This document shows, in pieces, positions 58,610 to 64,000 of a DNA stretch of 64,000 nucleotides. A program made the position numbers and the translations under genes. The notes under the pieces were generated by a model. It searched no databases, was not told the origin of the DNA, and worked only from the letters and a program-made list of their open reading frames with translations. The first letter of the stretch is position 1, and each line of letters starts with the position of its first letter. Source of the stretch: an uncultured Planctomycetaceae bacterium. Lineage in GTDB: Bacteria; Planctomycetota; Planctomycetia; Planctomycetales; Planctomycetaceae. The DNA lies in NCBI GenBank assembly GCA_963813715.1, contig CAWFAK010000005.1:96001-160000 (forward strand). Direction: 5' to 3'.

Positions 58610-59807
58610 ATGAATTGGCTCAACCTCTTTCTCTTGATGCTGCTGACGGTCGGCCACACCGAGCTCCTGGTCACCGTGATCAACCGCATCGAGTCGCTGC
58701 CGTTCCCCAAGCGCGTGCTGCGCGGCTTGCGGATGCTCGAGGATCTGGTGATCGCCGCCTTTCCGATCGTGGCGATTTTCGCAGTCGGGCTGGGAGGCGC
58801 CGGGCTCTTGCGCGGCGGACGCTGGAGCGACCTGCCGACCGGCTGGCTCGTCTACTTTTCGCTCTGCGCGTGCGGTTTCGTCGGGCTGGTGATTGCCGTG
58901 CTCCGCTGGTGGGCGTTGCGGCCGCCGACACTTCAGCTTTCCAATCACTCGCGGACCGTCGACATCGCGCAGACGCTCGGCTACCCGCCGGTTGGGCACG
59001 GCCTCGTCCGCCTGTTCGCGCGGCTCCCCCAGAACCAAATCTTTCGCGTGCAGGTGTCGGACAAGCGCTACGCTCTGCCTCGCGTGCCGAGCTGCGTGGA
59101 ACGAGCTGTCGATCCTGCATCTGACCGACACGCACTTCACCGGCAAGATCGATCGCCCGTTCTTCGAGGAAATCGCCCGGCTGGCCGAACAGACCCCGGC
59201 CGACCTCGTCGTCTTCACCGGCGACCTGCTCGACGACATCGACCTGTTGCCCTGGCTCGCCGCGACCATCGGCCGCCTGAAAGCGCCGCTCGGTTGTTAC
59301 TTCGTCCTGGGCAATCATGACTGGTTCTACGGGGCGGACGAAATTCGAGCCGAGTTCGAGCGGTGCGGTTGGCACAGCGTCGCGGGGAAGGTGATCCGTG
59401 TCGAGCACCGCGGCCAAACGCTCGAGATCGGCGGCACGGAACGTCCGTGGATGGGCCGGCAGCCGCAATTCGCGCCGCCCAGCGATGCCTTTCGCGTGCT
59501 GTTGAGTCACACCCCCGACCATTTCGAGTGGGCGCAGCGAAATCGCGTCGACCTGATGCTCGCCGGACACAACCACGGCGGACAGATCGTGCTGCCGGTC
59601 ATCGGTCCCGTCTTCAGCCCGAGCCGCTACGGCGTCCGCTACGCGGGCGGAGCGTTTTGGGTCGATCCGACACTCTTGTACGTGTCGCGCGGGCTCTCGG
59701 GCCGGCGCCCGATTCGATTCAATTGTCCGCCCGAGATGACGCGACTGATCCTTACGCCCTCCGCCAGCCCTTCGCCAACGGGAACACCGCCATGGGCCGG
59801 CGGCTGA
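58610..59807 (+). CDS. Membrane-anchored metallophosphoesterase (YkuE-like); frameshift near 59090
   Basis: N-terminal TMs; HLTDTH, FTGDL, LGNHD, LSHTPD, AGHNHGGQI and YVSRG. Confidence 0.88.
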
Positions 59808-60917
59808 CGCTGGTCTCCCCGTCGCTCGCACTCGGCGGGGCAGAGCGGGTCGTCTCGCGGATGGCCAACCACTGGGCAGCCGGCGGCGACACCGTCTCCG
59901 TCATCACGCTCTCCGGAACGGCTTGCGACACCTACGCGCTCGACCCGGCCGTCGCGCGCATCGCGCTCGACATGATGGGGGAGTCGAGGGGACCGCTCGC
60001 CGCACTCTTCAACAATTGGCGCCGCGTGTCGCCGATTGAGGAGCGCCATTCGCCAGTCGCAACCCGACACAGTGATCAGCTTCACCGACCGGATGAACGT
60101 CGTGACGCTGTTGGCGGGTCGGCCGCTCGGCGTCGACACCGTCGTCTCCGAACGGATCGACCCGTCGCAGCAGCCGTTCGGCCGGAGCTGGTCGTGGTTG
60201 CGTCGTCGCGCTTATCCGTCGGCACGAGCCCTGGTCGTCCAGACGCAAGCCGCGCGGCGACACCTCGAATCGGTGATGCGCGGCCGGCCGATCTACGTGA
60301 TTCCAAACGCCATCGACGAGCCGACCGCCCCGGGCCCGGCGGGCAATCCACGCCGCTCTGCTGACGGCAAACTGCAACTGGCCGCGATGGGCCGCCTCGC
60401 TCCGCAAAAGGGATTCGACCTGCTCATCGATGCGTTCGCGCAGGCTGCCGAGGATCGGCCGGATTGGTCGCTCGTGATCCTGGGCGAAGGACCGGAGCGA
60501 AAGCACCTCGAGGAACAGATCCAGTCGCGCGGGCTGCAGGGCCGCGTTCGGCTGCTTGGCTGGGTTGCCGATCCAAACGCCGTGCTGCGTGACTGCGATG
60601 CGTTCGTGCTGTCGTCCCGCTTCGAGGGCTTTCCGAACGCGCTGCTCGAGGCCATGGCGCTCGGTTTGCCGGCCGTCGCCGTCGATTGTCCCTCCGGCCC
60701 GGCGGACATCATCCGCGACGAAGTCGACGGTCTGCTCGTTCCCCTGGGAGACGTCCCCGCCTTGACCACGGCCCTCCGCCGGCTGATGTGTGACGAAAAG
60801 CTCCGCCACCGGTTGGGACGAGAGGCGGTGCAGGTTGTCGAGCGTTTCAGCAGCGAGCGCTACTACGCCCGCTGGGAAGCCGTCCTCCGCCACGACCCGC
60901 CGTCAAGCCTCGAATGA
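59792..60917 (+). CDS. Glycosyltransferase family 4; frameshift near 60030
   Basis: GGAERV, VIPN, MGRLAPQKGFD and SRFEGFPNALLEAMALG. Confidence 0.9.
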
Positions 60918-61108
60918 CGCGGGCGAACGTCCGCGCGCTTCTGGCGGCGTTCCCAAAAATCTTCCGACTTGTTTCTACGCCCCTAGAAACTCGCTCTCCG
61001 CGCCCGCGGCTCGGCGCGTCACGATGGGCACTGGATCTCTCACCGCAGCCGACTCGCGGGGTGCCGAATGGTCAGCGTTTGTCCTGCGAGCGAACGGCGG
61101 CTGAAGCG

Positions 61109-61363
61109 GGGACGGGACACGAACATTGGGACGGGACTGCATTGCCCTCACCACGGGACGGGACACGAACGGGACGGGATTCATCCCGGGTAAGGGCAAG
61201 GCTTTGCCTGCCGCCAGCGCCGGTAGCGGGACGGGACAAGTTGTTTGACCCGGGAAAACAGCCGAATCCGGGACGGGACACGAATATTGGGACGGGATTG
61301 AATCGCCCTCATCCCGCCCTCGCCAATCGGGAGCAGTCGGAGGAAAGTCGAATGGGACGGGAC
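61109..61363. repeat. Intergenic array of eight direct GGGACGGGA(C/T) motifs
   Basis: Copies start at 61109, 61128, 61155, 61171, 61228, 61270, 61289 and 61354. Segments 61109-61150 and 61270-61311 match at 38 of 42 bp. Confidence 0.85.
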
Positions 61364-63658
61364 TCAGAAATCCCGGCGTTCGATGTAGACGCACGTGATG
61401 GTCAGCACCACAGCCAGGAAGATCACGTTGCTGATGATCGGCGGCCAAATGTTGACCGGCGGTCGCTCCTCGCGGTTCGGCTCTTCGCGCGGTCCCCGTG
61501 CCTGGTCGAACAGCTCGATCGGGTCCCCTGCCACCAGGTACGTGACGACGTCGTTCAACTCGCCCGGCTTGGGAAAGACCGTGTACAGCGGCGTCACCAC
61601 GAAGCGATAGAGGATTTGCAGTGTGTCCATCGGCGGCAGATAGGCGTTGCCCCGCTCGAACGGGTCGAGCCGATAGGCGTTCACGCGGCCGAACCCGTCG
61701 GCAACGAGCAGCCGATTTTCGGGCGAGAAGGTGATGGCGGTGATGTCCCCCTGGTTGCCGATTCGCAGCTGCAGCTGCTTTTCGACGTCGTACAGCCAGA
61801 CGTGGCCGTCGTCGAACAGCACGGCCAGATAGCGACCGTCGGGCGAGGCGGCCAGCTTCCGCGGCTTGGCCGTGCCGCGCGGCGTGAGATCGAGTTCTTC
61901 GTTGAGCGAGGCCGCGTCGTGGATCCGGACATGTCCGTCGCCCGTCGCCAGGGCAATGCGATTGCCGACGAAGTCGAGGAGGGCCCCTTTTTCGGTGTCG
62001 ATGTCGGCGTCGCGCGTGAGCGTGTAGTGGCCGGCGGCGTCGGGTGTGAACAGGCTGAGCGTGCCATGCGAGAAGATGGCCAATCGCCCATCCTGATGAT
62101 TGATAGCCGCCGCGAACGGTTTGCGCCATTTTTGTTCGGGTGTGGGGCCGATCTTCTCGAACTTGCCGCTGTCCTGCGGAGAGATGTCGACGCCGAACAC
62201 TTTGAACGGCCGATGCTCGTGGGCCGCATCCCCCTGAAAGCGGAAGATGCCGGTCAGGCTGATGACGAGGATCTGCCCCTTGGGATCGATCAACAGGGCC
62301 AGCGGATTGCTAGGAGTGACGGCATTCTCCATGCGGCGCCACTCCTGATTGCGTTCGCCGATCAGCAGCTTCCCCGAGCCGCCGAACATCTCGAACCGCG
62401 TGCGGGCCGATTCGACGGCCACGATACGATTGTGAATCGGATCGTAAACCGGGCCGAGCAGCGATGGGCGAAAGAAGAGGCGGGCGCTCCCTTCATCGCG
62501 CCCGCGGAAGACCTCGTCCCACGCCTGGTGGTCGTTGGCCCACTCGAAGGTCTGCCCGGAGCGGTTGACCGTCAGCAGCTTTTCGCCGGCCGGAATAATG
62601 TTCGAGACGCGGATGGGATCGAGAAACGTCTCCTCGGCCACGCGCTTCGCTGTGCCCACGGTGAAGCAGACGCCCCAGAAGAGGGCCGTGCAACAAACCG
62701 ACACGATGGCGTTGCGCCAAATCACGCCCGTGAGCGCGGAGACCGAGTAGTAGATCACGAACAGGAACAGAAACACCGGCACGCACAGCAGGAGCTTGCC
62801 GCTCCAGATGTCGAACCGCAGCCCGGCGATCAGCCACATCCCGCCGATCAGGTAGATCGAATTCAGCAGAATGAATGTCGACGCGCCGAAGAACTTGGTG
62901 AGAAACAAGAGCGAACGCGAGACCGGCTTGCTCAGCAACAGATCGATGGCCCCCGGCTCGAACGTCTGCGGCACCATCGGCGCCGTCACCAGAATGGCGA
63001 TCAGCACGCCCAGAATGCCGGCCAGAAACGTCATCAGCAACGAGAGGGCATAATTCACCAACAGCGTGAGCTGCTTGGGCTCGAAGGGGAGCGGCGCGCC
63101 CAGCCGATAGCCAAACCACTCGGCGTACAGGTTGCGACCCGGGGCGGGCAAGAGATATTCGGGGAAGGCGGCATCGATCAGCAGGCGATTGAAGCGACGC
63201 TGTTCATCGGTCGAGAGGTTGTCCCAGCCGCGTTCCGCCAGCTTTTGACCTTCGCCGGTCAGACTGCCGGTCGGCCACAGCTTGGGATCGTAGAGATCCT
63301 GTTTGTCGACCATGCCGTTGAACTCGCCGCGCACGTCGCGGAGCACATCGAGCTGCCGATTGATGTTCGTCGGGCTGACGACGTGCAACTCGTGGCGCAG
63401 CGATTCGTCCAACCGCGACCAGATCTTGTGAGCGGCCGACGGTGCCTTCTTCGTTTCCTGCGACGCCAGGAATTGCAAGAACTCGGGGCCGTTGCGGAAT
63501 TCGTTCCGTTGGAAGCGGTAGGCCGTCTCTTCGCGAAGCGCGAAGGGGGCCAAGCCGACAAACAGGACCAGCGTGATCAGGCCGGTGATCAGCCAGAGGA
63601 TCCGCGACGCGAAGGCTTCGCGAAACGAGTCTTTGAAGACAGCCAGGTAGGGTCTCAT
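61364..63658 (-). CDS. ABC transporter permease with large extracytoplasmic WD40/beta-propeller-like domain
   Basis: KDSFREA, GAIDLLLSKPVSRSLLFLTKF, six TMs, C-terminal ERRDF, and WD-like repeats (LATGDGHVRIHD, ASPDGRYLAV, ITAITFSP). Confidence 0.85.
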   Translation of the reverse strand: MRPYLAVFKDSFREAFASRILWLITGLITLVLFVGLAPFALREETAYRFQRNEFRNGPEFLQFLASQETKKAPSAAHKIWSRLDESLRHELHVVSPTNINRQLDVLRDVRGEFNGMVDKQDLYDPKLWPTGSLTGEGQKLAERGWDNLSTDEQRRFNRLLIDAAFPEYLLPAPGRNLYAEWFGYRLGAPLPFEPKQLTLLVNYALSLLMTFLAGILGVLIAILVTAPMVPQTFEPGAIDLLLSKPVSRSLLFLTKFFGASTFILLNSIYLIGGMWLIAGLRFDIWSGKLLLCVPVFLFLFVIYYSVSALTGVIWRNAIVSVCCTALFWGVCFTVGTAKRVAEETFLDPIRVSNIIPAGEKLLTVNRSGQTFEWANDHQAWDEVFRGRDEGSARLFFRPSLLGPVYDPIHNRIVAVESARTRFEMFGGSGKLLIGERNQEWRRMENAVTPSNPLALLIDPKGQILVISLTGIFRFQGDAAHEHRPFKVFGVDISPQDSGKFEKIGPTPEQKWRKPFAAAINHQDGRLAIFSHGTLSLFTPDAAGHYTLTRDADIDTEKGALLDFVGNRIALATGDGHVRIHDAASLNEELDLTPRGTAKPRKLAASPDGRYLAVLFDDGHVWLYDVEKQLQLRIGNQGDITAITFSPENRLLVADGFGRVNAYRLDPFERGNAYLPPMDTLQILYRFVVTPLYTVFPKPGELNDVVTYLVAGDPIELFDQARGPREEPNREERPPVNIWPPIISNVIFLAVVLTITCVYIERRDF

Positions 63659-64000
63659 GAGATGCGCTCGAGCCCTTCCTTGCCGTCAACCGCCGGTTCG
63701 CTTTTCCCGTTCTCTTTGCCGTCGTCGTTGAGCACCAGGTCGAGAAAGACCTGCTCGAGCGACAGTTGCCGCCGGCCCACGGCCGCAATGCTGATGCCGC
63801 CCTGCCGGAAGAGGTCGATCCAATGATCCAACTCTCCTTGATCGCGGGCCTCGACCGTGATGCGCAGATGATCGGCATCGACCGGCTGGGCTGCCAGCAC
63901 GGTGCGTCCGTTGAGCAGCCGGCGGACACGCGCTTCGTCGGCCCGCAGCGTGATCACGGCATCGGTCGAAGTGTTGTGCCGCAACGCGTCGACGGTATCC
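63655..64000 (-). CDS. C-terminal part of an ABC transporter ATP-binding protein (partial)
   Basis: Ends with SLEQVFLDLV, typical of ABC-2 ATPase C-termini, and has an ATGA overlap with the permease. Walker motifs lie outside the window. Confidence 0.7.
   Translation of the reverse strand, partial: DTVDALRHNTSTDAVITLRADEARVRRLLNGRTVLAAQPVDADHLRITVEARDQGELDHWIDLFRQGGISIAAVGRRQLSLEQVFLDLVLNDDGKENGKSEPAVDGKEGLERIS

Noticed and set aside
61109..61363. Possible CRISPR array
   Set aside because: The repeat core is only 10 bp, spacing is irregular (16 to 65 bp), and there are no cas genes in the window.
60914..63826. 970-aa plus-strand ORF
   Set aside because: Antisense shadow of the ABC permease. 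It has no recognisable motifs, and long stop-free reverse frames are expected at high GC.

Overview
GC-rich bacterial chromosome segment, most likely from a planctomycete. Support for this: a LExRxLL-type N-terminal motif on an S53 protease, an FHA-GAF-histidine kinase, a Gly/Tyr-rich secreted protein and GGGAGGGCGAAGCTCCTGCTGAGCC-type REP elements. About half of the roughly 45 genes carry single-base frameshifts, including carA, sufB, sufD and citrate synthase. These look like uncorrected long-read indel errors rather than pseudogenes, so I stitched genes across frames. Housekeeping content includes ndk, carA, truD, an acyl-CoA catabolic trio, a SufR-sufCBD-ferredoxin locus with an embedded lone nuoB, citrate synthase, slyX and transporters. 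The most interesting parts are: (1) a two-gene candidate defence module, an M48-type metallopeptidase plus a ~1,870-aa protein with kinase-like C-lobe, DUF4011, SF1 helicase, Vsr/REase-like and WGR domains; (2) a translationally coupled operon of C39-like peptidase, RimK-type ATP-grasp ligase, GCS2 ligase and N-formylglutamate amidohydrolase; (3) an orphan A-T-KS-AT hybrid synthase whose AT lacks its catalytic Ser; (4) a 28-aa ultra-basic ORF missing from the ORF track; (5) an intergenic array of eight GGGACGGGA(C/T) motifs. No rRNA, tRNA, CRISPR array or transposase was recognised.
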